Below, piece by piece: positions 28,861 to 37,750 of a DNA stretch of 64,000 nt. The number at the start of each line of letters is the position of its first letter. Within the stretch, counting starts at the first letter, position 1. Source of the stretch: Deinococcales bacterium. Its GTDB lineage: Bacteria > Deinococcota > Deinococci > Deinococcales > JAAFIG01. The translations under genes were made by a program, and so were the position numbers. The DNA lies in NCBI GenBank assembly GCA_031414595.1, contig JANNVX010000004.1:1-64000 (forward strand), read 5' to 3'. The notes below the pieces were generated by a model. That model was not told the origin of the DNA. It worked only from the letters and a program-made list of their open reading frames with translations, and searched no databases.

Positions 28861-30789
28861 ATGAACCAAATTTCTATTGACAAAGCCGCCACAATTATGG
28901 GTGTTTCCTCTGCGACCATCAGAAATTGGGTCAAAGCTGGACTGATAGAGCCTATCAATGCGCGTCCTATCGCTTTTTCCGAAGAAAGTGTGGCGCTCTT
29001 AAAAAATCAAGTCTCGAGTGGTGCGCTACAAAAATTACAAACCAGAGCCAATAAAGCCCAATCGAAAAATGATTTTATTCCGCTCGAGTACAATTCAAAT
29101 TCTGGTTTTATCAGTATCTTAAACACCATTTTAGAACAATTTAAGAACCATTCTTTAGCCATTGAACCGCTTTTATTTTTAGCTGCTCTTTGTTGTCTCG
29201 AGCAGAATAGCGAACTCAAACGCCCAATTCAATCAGATGTTTTTGATTTGACCCAAGCAGAATTTACTCGAGTTTTGGTTAGACAAGAAATACTTGGCTG
29301 GCGAACTTCTCTGGGGGAAATAACCCATAAGGAACGTTACAAGGATATTTATGACTTACTTTTTACCAAAGACACAGAAGATTTACTGGGGATTTTATAC
29401 CAGTCTTTACGCAGCGAAGGCAATAAATCGAATTTGGGTTCGTATTACACCCCAACGCATTTGGTGCAAGATGCCTTACAATCTGTTCGGCTCGAGACGG
29501 TCAGTAATTTCCTAGACCCTTGTTGTGGCACTGGAAAATATTTAATCGAGGCAGCAAAAACTTTTTCTTTGCCACCAGAATCTATTTATGGTTTTGATAT
29601 TGACCAATTGGCTGTACAGATAGCCCGTGTCAATCTGCTGATGCACTATAAAAAAGCAGAATTTTCCCCCAATATTTTTTGTCTGGATGCACTTTCTGAC
29701 TTAGCCAATGGAGACTTTTTTTGCACCACAAATCACCTGATGGGGTTTTTTGATTTGATTGCCACCAATCCACCTTGGGGAGCGTATAAAAACTCGAGTA
29801 TTCCAGTTCAGTTTCAGAATGTCCTCGAGTCCAGCGAAACCTATTCGATGTTTATTCTCAAATCCATGCAATTGCTGAAAAAAAGTGGAGCGCTTTCTTT
29901 TATTTTGCCTGAATCTATTCTAAAAATCCGAACTCACAGCGACATTCGAGAATTTATTGTTAAAAACAGTACAATGATAAAAATAATTCAACTCGGACGA
30001 CAATTTAGTGGGGTTTTTACACCAGTTGTTCGCTTAGATTTGAAAAATGAAATCCCAAACAACAATATGCTTGAACTGCATGACGAAAATAAATTGGTTA
30101 CTCGAGTTGGTCAAAACAGATTTCTATACAATACCGATTATATTTTTGATACTCGAGTAGATGATACCGTAGAAGCCTTAATTCAAAAAATTTATGCAAA
30201 ACCGCATTTGACTTTACAGGGTCATTCAGAGTGGGCGCTTGGGATTGTCACAGGCGATAACACTAAGTATTTACTCGAGCAGCCAACTCCCACTGCCGAA
30301 GCCATTTATAGAGGCATGGATATTAGCCCTTTTTACTTAACTGCTGCAAAAACATTTATCGAATTTACGCCAAGCCAGTTCCAACAAGTCGCTCCAGAAC
30401 GGTTTTTTAGAGCAGATGAAAAACTGATTTACAAATTTATTTCAAAGAAATTGGTTTTTGCATTCGATGATACCCAAGCCCTAACGCTAAACAGCGCCAA
30501 TATCCTGATTCCAAAATTGCCGAACATGAGCATCAAAGTTACAATGGCATTTTTGAACTCGAGTGTATTTCAGTTCTTATTTACCAAAAAATTCGCCACC
30601 CATAAGGTGCTGCGTGGAGACCTTGAAAAATTACCATTCCCGAATCTCGAGCCAGATGTCCACAATCAACTCGAGCAGCTTTTAGATAATGTGCTGGAAA
30701 CAAAAATAGTGAGCGCAGAAATAGACAATTTGATATTTCAGATTTTTGAACTCACCCAAGAAGAAATAGATTTGATAGAGGGGACATAA
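28861..30789 (+). CDS. Type II N6-adenine DNA methyltransferase (gamma class, TaqI-C-like specificity domain) with an N-terminal HTH
   Basis: GSYYTP, LDPCCGTG, NPPW, FILPES and LGIVTGDN; N-terminus GVSSATIRNWVK; AAGGA RBS before ATG 28861. Confidence 0.9.
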   Translation: MNQISIDKAATIMGVSSATIRNWVKAGLIEPINARPIAFSEESVALLKNQVSSGALQKLQTRANKAQSKNDFIPLEYNSNSGFISILNTILEQFKNHSLAIEPLLFLAALCCLEQNSELKRPIQSDVFDLTQAEFTRVLVRQEILGWRTSLGEITHKERYKDIYDLLFTKDTEDLLGILYQSLRSEGNKSNLGSYYTPTHLVQDALQSVRLETVSNFLDPCCGTGKYLIEAAKTFSLPPESIYGFDIDQLAVQIARVNLLMHYKKAEFSPNIFCLDALSDLANGDFFCTTNHLMGFFDLIATNPPWGAYKNSSIPVQFQNVLESSETYSMFILKSMQLLKKSGALSFILPESILKIRTHSDIREFIVKNSTMIKIIQLGRQFSGVFTPVVRLDLKNEIPNNNMLELHDENKLVTRVGQNRFLYNTDYIFDTRVDDTVEALIQKIYAKPHLTLQGHSEWALGIVTGDNTKYLLEQPTPTAEAIYRGMDISPFYLTAAKTFIEFTPSQFQQVAPERFFRADEKLIYKFISKKLVFAFDDTQALTLNSANILIPKLPNMSIKVTMAFLNSSVFQFLFTKKFATHKVLRGDLEKLPFPNLEPDVHNQLEQLLDNVLETKIVSAEIDNLIFQIFELTQEEIDLIEGT

Positions 30790-31529
30790 TGGAAATCTTA
30801 AAACAACATTTAGACAATTTACTCGAGCAATTAGAGCAAGAAAAACGCGAAGAAATCATGCAGCGATTAGATGATTTACTTTCGGTCTACCCTTTTAACG
30901 AATTTGAATTTTTAATCGCAACACTGATGGGAAATAACAAAATTTTATTAAACGATTACTACGATCTACGCGACGAATACTTAGCTCGGAATATGTACTT
31001 GCATCTTTTTGAAATGACTTCACCCCGAGGATTTGGAGAAAGTTGGGCGCAAGGTCACTTAAAAGAAATCGTTCCAGAACTGGTTAAGCCTACTCAGAAA
31101 TTAGACTCGAGCTATTCAGGACAATACGATTTTCTACTCGGCGACATCAAAATCGAAGTGAAAGCCTCTCGAGCCGTAGATTTTAATAGCCAAGAAGCAC
31201 TGTATGTCAAAGCCCTAGCCTCGAGTTCAGGAAAACGCTTCGATATGAACTTCCAGCAAGTCAAACCCGCTTGTGCCGATGTTTTTATTTGGATTGGCGT
31301 TTGGCGAGATGTGATTCGGTACTGGGTACTGGCATCCAACGAAATTGCAAACAACAAGTATTACTCGACTGGTCAACACCGAGGTAACACAGGCGAAGGG
31401 CAAATACACCTCAAAGACGATAATATCAGTAGTTTCGCAGCTTTTGAAACCAGCCCAAGGGATTTACTCGAGAAAATAAGGAAAGCCCATCGGAGGCAAC
31501 ATCAAAAAACTCGAGGACGGAGAAAATAG
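30789..31529 (+). CDS. Probable cognate restriction endonuclease (PD-(D/E)XK)
   Basis: YD...IEVKAS motif and FQQVKP; 1-nt overlap with the MTase stop. Confidence 0.75.
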   Translation: MEILKQHLDNLLEQLEQEKREEIMQRLDDLLSVYPFNEFEFLIATLMGNNKILLNDYYDLRDEYLARNMYLHLFEMTSPRGFGESWAQGHLKEIVPELVKPTQKLDSSYSGQYDFLLGDIKIEVKASRAVDFNSQEALYVKALASSSGKRFDMNFQQVKPACADVFIWIGVWRDVIRYWVLASNEIANNKYYSTGQHRGNTGEGQIHLKDDNISSFAAFETSPRDLLEKIRKAHRRQHQKTRGRRK

Positions 31530-31641
31530 TAGTAAAAATACACAGTGCCGAGCGCAGTGCCAAGGCTTAGGTTTCTCGAGGAAAGGATTTATGAATAATT
31601 TCGACCCAACCATCAAACCAAATTGTCAAAAAATACCCTCT

Positions 31642-31761
31642 CACAGGGCGACCACAAGCGACCATGCCCGTAAGGTGCGTGTTTATGGTCAAGATAGGGT
31701 CGCCCTGTGGTTGGATTGCAAATTTGTGTCCAACCGTAGGGGAGGGTCTTGTACTCTCCCT
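31642..31761. repeat. Intergenic REP cluster (REP with nested 39-bp element, plus a second GTAG REP)
   Basis: CACAGGGCGACC...GGTCGCCCTGTG hairpin (31642-31709) and GTAGGGGAGGGTCTTGTACTCTCCC (31736-31760). Confidence 0.75.
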
Positions 31762-31811
31762 GACCAGCCAAAGCCCCAAGCTCGAGCCTCGAGAAAACTA
31801 AGGATAAAGAA

Positions 31812-32585
31812 ATGAATTTGAAAAAAGCTAGAAAACATTTGAAAGAATGGGCAGAACAAGGCTCTGGTTATGTGCAAAAACTTCATTTGGAAAACATTGA
31901 TGAAGTGAGTGACTTACTATGTTTCGTAGCTGGATACTGCTTTGAACTTTCTCGAGAAAAATTTTACGACATAAAACCTAAATCAAATTGGCACTGGAGA
32001 ATCAATCATAAGAGAACAATATCTCACGGAACTGTATATTGGGATGAACTATTGATAGATGTGGTTGATGCTGAAAACTATGAACCCCAATATCAGTTTC
32101 TTTTAGGTATATATTTTTTATTGCAGAGTAGTGCAATCTATTCAAGTTCACTTTATCAGATTTGGCTAGGGGGCGAAGAATTTCAGACAATGGTGATTGA
32201 AGATGAAGTCCCGATAGCGATTCTGCCGCCAGACTCGCAAAAAATAATTTATTGGTATGAAACTGATTTCGCTGAAAGTGATTTTTCCCCTGAATTCATG
32301 CCTGCACCAAATATGTTTGCCCGAATTTATTGGCAGGATTTTTTAAGAAAAAAGTATCCAAAAAAATCTACTTGTTTTGATTGCGGTTCAGACAATGCGA
32401 CTCATGCACATCATGATGGCAAAGAAGTATCTGAACTTGCAAAAGAGGGGATTTGGCATCGTCCAGATGAACACAAAGTAGTAATGCTTTGTGCAGAATG
32501 TCATGTAAAACGTCACGAAGGTACGAAATCAGCAAATTTCTTAAAAGTATTTACTGTTGGTCGTCAAAAAAGGAAACAACCATGA
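31812..32585 (+). CDS. Hypothetical protein with a C-terminal Zn-finger HNH-like domain
   Basis: CFDC..THAHH..LCAECHVKRH; ATGA overlap with valS. Confidence 0.65.
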   Translation: MNLKKARKHLKEWAEQGSGYVQKLHLENIDEVSDLLCFVAGYCFELSREKFYDIKPKSNWHWRINHKRTISHGTVYWDELLIDVVDAENYEPQYQFLLGIYFLLQSSAIYSSSLYQIWLGGEEFQTMVIEDEVPIAILPPDSQKIIYWYETDFAESDFSPEFMPAPNMFARIYWQDFLRKKYPKKSTCFDCGSDNATHAHHDGKEVSELAKEGIWHRPDEHKVVMLCAECHVKRHEGTKSANFLKVFTVGRQKRKQP

Positions 32586-35215
32586 ATGAATTACCCGCCA
32601 AATACGAACCATCGTCTGTCGAATCTTCTTGGTCTGAACTCTGGGCTAAACCTGGTACGTTTCGTGCCGATGCTACCTCGAGCAAACCTGCTTTTACCAT
32701 TGTTATCCCACCGCCTAATGTAACGGGTAGCCTCCACCTTGGTCATGCGCTCGATAACACAATTATTGATGTCCTGACCCGCTTTAAGCGCATGGCGGGC
32801 TTCGAGGCGCTGTATTTGCCGGGGACTGACCATGCGGGAATCAGTACCCAAGTGCTGGTCGAAAAAGAACTTGCCCTCGAGGGGCTGCACAAAAACGACC
32901 TCGGGCGCGAGAAATTCCTCGAGCGAGTCTGGGCATTCAAAGAAAAAAATGGCGGCACGATTCTCAAGCAACTGACCCGCCTTGGTATCTCTGCCGATTG
33001 GTCTCGAGAACGTTTTACCATGGATGCTGGGCTTTCCAAAGCCGTGCGACGTACTTTTGTCGAATACGTAGCGAAGGGCATGGCGTACCGTGGCGAGAAA
33101 ATTGTCAATTGGGACCCTGTTGCCCAAACCGTTCTGTCTGACCTCGAAGTTGACCGTGAGGATCGTCAGGGCAAAATGTACACTTTATCCTACGCCCTCG
33201 AGGATGGAAATGGCGTAATCAACGTGGCAACTGTCCGTCCTGAAACGATTTTTGCTGACCAAGCCGTGGCGGTTCATCCCGATGATGCGCGGTTCTCGAG
33301 CCTTGTTGGGCAAAATGTGCGGATTCCGCTAACCGATAGGCTGATTCCAATTATTGCTGACTCGAGTGTTGAAATGGATTTTGGAACGGGTTGTCTTAAA
33401 ATCACCCCAGCCCACGACCCAACCGATTTTGAAATTGGTTTGCGCCACAACTTAGCCACGCCCAGTGTGATTGATAAATTTGCCAAACTGACTTCCGACC
33501 TTGTGCCAGAAGAATTTAGGGGTATCGAGCGTTTCGCTGCCCGTAAAGCTGTGGTCAAGGCACTCGAGGCATCAGGCGCACTGCTCGAGGCAAAAGATTA
33601 TAAAGTCAGTATTGGCATTTCGGAGCGCACCAAAGAACCAATTGAGCCAATGGTCATGACCCAGTGGTGGTGCAAAATGGATAAGCCCGCCAAGCAAGTT
33701 CTCGAGGCACTGGAAGATGGCAGAATAAAAACTGTGCCTGAGCGCTACACCAAGGTCAATCGTGATTGGCTCGAGAATATCCGTGAATGGGCGATTGGGC
33801 GGCAACTCTGGTGGGGGCATCAAATTCCAGCTTGGTACGATGCGGATGGTAAAATCTATGTGCCAGACCTCGAGAATCCTGATTTGGATTGTGACCAAGA
33901 CCCTCGTTACGCGCATCTGAATCTGACTCGAGACCCTGATGTTTTCGATACGTGGTTTTCGAGCGCACTCTGGAATTTTAGTACCATGGGCTACCCTGAC
34001 CAAACCGAGGATTTAGCCAAGTTCTACCCGAATAGTGTGCTGGTGACAGGTTATGACATCCTGTTTTTCTGGGTAGCACGGATGCAAATGGCGGGCTTTG
34101 AATTTACGGGTCAAGCGCCGTTTCATACGGTCATGCTGCATGGTTTGTACTTGGATGCCAAGGGTCAGAAGATGAGTAAATCCAAGAATAATGGCATTGA
34201 CCCACTCGAGTTAATGGATAAGTACGGCGTGGATGGTTGTCGTTTTGCATGGGCGTATTTGTCTACGGGTGGGCAGGACATCAAGCACGATGAACGCCGT
34301 TACGAAATGGGACGAAATTTTTCCAATAAACTCTGGAATGCGTCGCGTTTTGCAATGATGAATCTCGAGCTTGGGCATTCGGAAATGGGCATGAGCTTAG
34401 GCGCTGCGCCAGCCAGTTTTGGTGCGACCCTGGCGGATGCTTGGATTGTCTCGAGGCTGTCCGAAACCATTGCAACTGCCACGGCACAACTCGAGGCGTA
34501 TGACCTTGGCGCTTCAATTCGGACCATTTACAGTTTTACTTGGGATGATTTTTGTGATTGGTACATCGAAGCGGCTAAACCAGCTTTGAAAGCACAAAAT
34601 CCTGTTACCCAAACCACGATTAAACGGGTTCTCGAGGCGATTCTGAAATTGCTTCATCCGTTCATGCCATTTATCACTTCAGAAATTTATGCAGCATTAA
34701 ACCCTAAGCATGGACAATTGGCGTTTGAACCTTTTCCTCGAGCCGATGAATTTGCGGTGGATACAGCTTCACTCGAGGAATTCGAGAAAGTCAAAAATGC
34801 AATTACGGCTGTGCGGGTCTTGCGGAATGAATTGATGATTCCGCCAATGCAGATGCTGACCGTGGCTGTGGACGGGGTGAACTCTGGTGCAGTAGCCAAG
34901 AACCTCGAGACGTTTACTGGACTTGCCAAAGCCGAACTGGGCGAGGTGAGCGGCAAAATTATTAACTCGGTCGCGCCTGGACTCGAGGTGCTACTAGCAC
35001 TCGAGGGGCTGATAGATACTACCGAATACGTGGCTCGGGGCAAGAAAAAAGTGGTTGAACTCGAGAAGCAAGTGGCACAAGCCAAAGGTAAGTTAAGCAA
35101 TGAGAATTTCTTTAAGAATGCCCCACAAGAAGTTCTGCTCGAGGAACAAAGGCGGATAGAGGATTTTGGAATGCAGTTAGAGCGCTTGCAAAAAGTTTTG
35201 GCGCAATTTGCTTAA
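32582..35215 (+). CDS. valS: Valine--tRNA ligase
   Basis: PPPNVTGSLHLGH (HIGH), KMSKS, DTWFSSAL and C-terminal coiled coil. Confidence 0.98.
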   Translation: MNELPAKYEPSSVESSWSELWAKPGTFRADATSSKPAFTIVIPPPNVTGSLHLGHALDNTIIDVLTRFKRMAGFEALYLPGTDHAGISTQVLVEKELALEGLHKNDLGREKFLERVWAFKEKNGGTILKQLTRLGISADWSRERFTMDAGLSKAVRRTFVEYVAKGMAYRGEKIVNWDPVAQTVLSDLEVDREDRQGKMYTLSYALEDGNGVINVATVRPETIFADQAVAVHPDDARFSSLVGQNVRIPLTDRLIPIIADSSVEMDFGTGCLKITPAHDPTDFEIGLRHNLATPSVIDKFAKLTSDLVPEEFRGIERFAARKAVVKALEASGALLEAKDYKVSIGISERTKEPIEPMVMTQWWCKMDKPAKQVLEALEDGRIKTVPERYTKVNRDWLENIREWAIGRQLWWGHQIPAWYDADGKIYVPDLENPDLDCDQDPRYAHLNLTRDPDVFDTWFSSALWNFSTMGYPDQTEDLAKFYPNSVLVTGYDILFFWVARMQMAGFEFTGQAPFHTVMLHGLYLDAKGQKMSKSKNNGIDPLELMDKYGVDGCRFAWAYLSTGGQDIKHDERRYEMGRNFSNKLWNASRFAMMNLELGHSEMGMSLGAAPASFGATLADAWIVSRLSETIATATAQLEAYDLGASIRTIYSFTWDDFCDWYIEAAKPALKAQNPVTQTTIKRVLEAILKLLHPFMPFITSEIYAALNPKHGQLAFEPFPRADEFAVDTASLEEFEKVKNAITAVRVLRNELMIPPMQMLTVAVDGVNSGAVAKNLETFTGLAKAELGEVSGKIINSVAPGLEVLLALEGLIDTTEYVARGKKKVVELEKQVAQAKGKLSNENFFKNAPQEVLLEEQRRIEDFGMQLERLQKVLAQFA

Positions 35216-35220
35216 AAGAA

Positions 35221-35261
35221 TTTACCTCACGCACTATCTAAAATTAGGTGCGTGAGGTAAA
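35221..35261. other. 14-bp-stem hairpin after valS
   Basis: TTTACCTCACGCAC...GTGCGTGAGGTAAA; no U-tract on the plus strand. Confidence 0.55.
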
Positions 35262-35322
35262 AATCAATTGGGATAAAACTTAACTCAAAAAGCAAGTGAT
35301 TAGATTTAGAGGAAAACAAAAC

Positions 35323-36345
35323 ATGATACTGAGTGGACGTTACCTTGGTGAAATTATTGATGCTTTTGGCACTATCGCCGAACGCGCCGAACTTCGTGCC
35401 AAAATTGGATTTACGGATTTACATCGTGTCCTTGAAGATTTTTTCATGAATATCCTAAATGAATTGGATAACCTGAGTCTGACAAATACCAATAGAGAAG
35501 CTGCTAATAGTGCTGGAATAGATCTGTACGATGCCAATTCAAAAATCGGTATTCAAATCACAACGGTTAGTAGTTCGGACAAAATAAATAATACTCTACG
35601 TGTGGTTCACGAACAAAATAATACTCTCAAAAGTTCTAATGTCGAAGCGTTGTACGTGTTAATTATTGGCAAAAAACAAGGCTCATATAAACTAGATTCT
35701 ACGCTGTGTGAGGCGCTTGATTTCAATGAAAAAGACAATATTTGGGATATTGTTACATTGTCCCGAAAACTTATTGGAATTAAACCTGATGTACTTGAGA
35801 GCATTTATAAGTTTGTCATGCGTGAACTTACTCGAGTAAGAATAGAACTTGAATTACCTGACTCTAATGGCGAATTTCCCACCGATTTAGGGCAATACAT
35901 GGAAGTAAGCCCATCAAATGAATTAGGAGAATGTAAGAAGCTCAAAGAATTCTGCACTGCTAATGGGTGGGACAATGGTTTTGAAGAGGCTATTTCTGAG
36001 CTAAGACTTTACTTTCAAAAATTAAGCTCATTGCCAAGAATTACCCGACAAGTGCTTGGTGAAATTATTGATAATCGTGAACCTAATCAATCCAAAATAT
36101 ATGTTATTTGGGAAAAATTTCGACGAATTTGTACATATCCTGAACTTGATACGGAATTTAACATTCTTGTATACGACAATTATCTTACACGAAACATTCA
36201 TGAAGAGGAACGAATTATCACAGTTCACGTTAAGGGTGATGGGGATAGGATTCTAGGGTATCTTGAGCCTTTCCTACAGCGGGAAAGTAAAACTTTCAAT
36301 AAATTATTTTCAACTTTTGATTTCTCAATCTTTGAGAACCCATAA
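35323..36345 (+). CDS. SMEK domain-containing protein (putative defence nuclease)
   Basis: N-terminal D.H..LEDFF..ILN...L.N.N....N..GIDL.D....IGIQIT pattern; AT-rich. Confidence 0.75.
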   Translation: MILSGRYLGEIIDAFGTIAERAELRAKIGFTDLHRVLEDFFMNILNELDNLSLTNTNREAANSAGIDLYDANSKIGIQITTVSSSDKINNTLRVVHEQNNTLKSSNVEALYVLIIGKKQGSYKLDSTLCEALDFNEKDNIWDIVTLSRKLIGIKPDVLESIYKFVMRELTRVRIELELPDSNGEFPTDLGQYMEVSPSNELGECKKLKEFCTANGWDNGFEEAISELRLYFQKLSSLPRITRQVLGEIIDNREPNQSKIYVIWEKFRRICTYPELDTEFNILVYDNYLTRNIHEEERIITVHVKGDGDRILGYLEPFLQRESKTFNKLFSTFDFSIFENP

Positions 36346-36496
36346 ATTCTGTTACTAATTTTCAAATGTATAGTTTCGCATTTCGCATAATTTCACGTTT
36401 TTGCACGTCCGTTAGAACAACATTTTTTATGCGAAAAATCCCTCATTTACTTCATAAATTGCAATTCACTTATTTCACTTGTGCTATACTCGAGCT

Positions 36497-36916
36497 ATGC
36501 GACCGATTGTTCTGTCTGCCCAAGCCGCCCAGACTGCTCGAGAAGTTGGGCAACAACTCCTATCCGGACAACTCGCTTTTCACTCGAGCAATGGCGAAGT
36601 TACGTTATTGCCACAAGAAACCTTGCGTGTTTTCCAAGAAGTTCTCGAGCAATTGGGGCAAGAACGCTCTGTGGTGGTTTTACCGCTTGATACAGAACTT
36701 AGTACCTTTGAAGCTGCCGATGTGCTGAATGTCTCACGTCCCTTTGTGACCAAACTACTCGAGCGCGGCGAAATGCCGTTTCGGATGGTTGGGGCGCACC
36801 ATCGGGTACTACTGGCGGATGTGTTGAAATACCAATCTGAGCAACGTCAGCGCAGTCTAATTGCGATGCAGGAATTAGCCGAACTCTCACAAGAACTTGG
36901 GTTGTACGATTCGTGA
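36497..36916 (+). CDS. Excisionase-family HTH protein (antitoxin/regulator of the PIN gene)
   Basis: ELSTFEAADVLNVSRPFVTKLLERGEMPF.MVGAHHRV; leaderless TATACT at 36485. Confidence 0.88.
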   Translation: MRPIVLSAQAAQTAREVGQQLLSGQLAFHSSNGEVTLLPQETLRVFQEVLEQLGQERSVVVLPLDTELSTFEAADVLNVSRPFVTKLLERGEMPFRMVGAHHRVLLADVLKYQSEQRQRSLIAMQELAELSQELGLYDS

Positions 36917-37476
36917 TTGCGGTTCTCGATGCTAATGTGTTGTACTCGGCACGTTTACGAGATTTTTTTATTTGGCTGGCATTACAAAATGCGTACCAAG
37001 CCCATTGGACAGCCGAAATCCAAGCCGAATGGAAACGTAATTTATTGCAAAATCGACCTGAAATTCTTGTGGCTAATCTCGAGCGTACCCAAAAACTGAT
37101 GGATAGGGCTTTACCTGATGCGTTACTCGAGAATGTGCCTCGGCTCGAGGTTATTCTTCCAGATACGAACGACATTCATGTTCTTGAGGCAGCCATTTAT
37201 GCACAAGCGGGTTATGTGGTGACAAACAATTTACGAGACTTTCCTCAAGCCATCCTCGAACCTTTTGGTGTGATTGCTTTGGGTCCTGATGACTTTGTGA
37301 TGCGTATTCTTGAACGTACACCAAATCTTGTGTTGAAGGCGATTCAAATGCAGGTGGCGAATTTACAACGCCCTCCAATTGGCATCAATACCATGTTGCT
37401 GCAACTCGAGGAACAGGGATTGGTGAAAGTTGTGGATTGGTTGCGCGGACAATTGTTACCAGAAAGTCGTGCTTGA
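36913..37476 (+). CDS. PIN domain protein (toxin)
   Basis: AVLDANVLY, LPD.ND.HVL.AA and VTNNLRDFP. Confidence 0.9.
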   Translation: MIAVLDANVLYSARLRDFFIWLALQNAYQAHWTAEIQAEWKRNLLQNRPEILVANLERTQKLMDRALPDALLENVPRLEVILPDTNDIHVLEAAIYAQAGYVVTNNLRDFPQAILEPFGVIALGPDDFVMRILERTPNLVLKAIQMQVANLQRPPIGINTMLLQLEEQGLVKVVDWLRGQLLPESRA

Positions 37477-37630
37477 ACTCGAGAAGCAAGTGCAGCAAGC
37501 AAAAGGCAAATTGTCTAACGAGAATTTTGTCAAGAATGCCTCAGAAGAAGTGCTTCTCGAGGAACGCCGTCGGATTGAAGATTTTGGAATACAACTCGAG
37601 CGGTTACAAAAAGTGCTGGCGCAATTCTAA
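37473..37630 (+). pseudogene. valS: Displaced, diverged duplicate of the valS 3' end
   Basis: Encodes ELEKQV...LQKVLAQF, 45/51 aa identical to the ValS C-terminus; the first 20 bp are identical to 35055-35074. Confidence 0.92.
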
Positions 37631-37641
37631 GTAATTTTGAA

Positions 37642-37671
37642 CTAGGACGGTTAAATTTTTGACCGTCCTAG
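37642..37671. other. Hairpin after the displaced valS end
   Basis: CTAGGACGGT...ACCGTCCTAG. Confidence 0.55.
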
Positions 37672-37750
37672 ACGATTCAAGTGCATAAATTTGACGAACA
37701 CTGAATACTGTGCTATTCTTATTCCTATCAGCAGCCAAGAGGCTGTTTTT

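Noticed and set aside
28861-30789. This MTase as the cause of the CTCGAG excess
   Set aside because: It sits in an accessory position and its specificity cannot be inferred from sequence; nothing ties it to CTCGAG
37430-37630. 66-aa ORF as an independent gene
   Set aside because: It is the displaced valS tail read from a start inside the PIN gene
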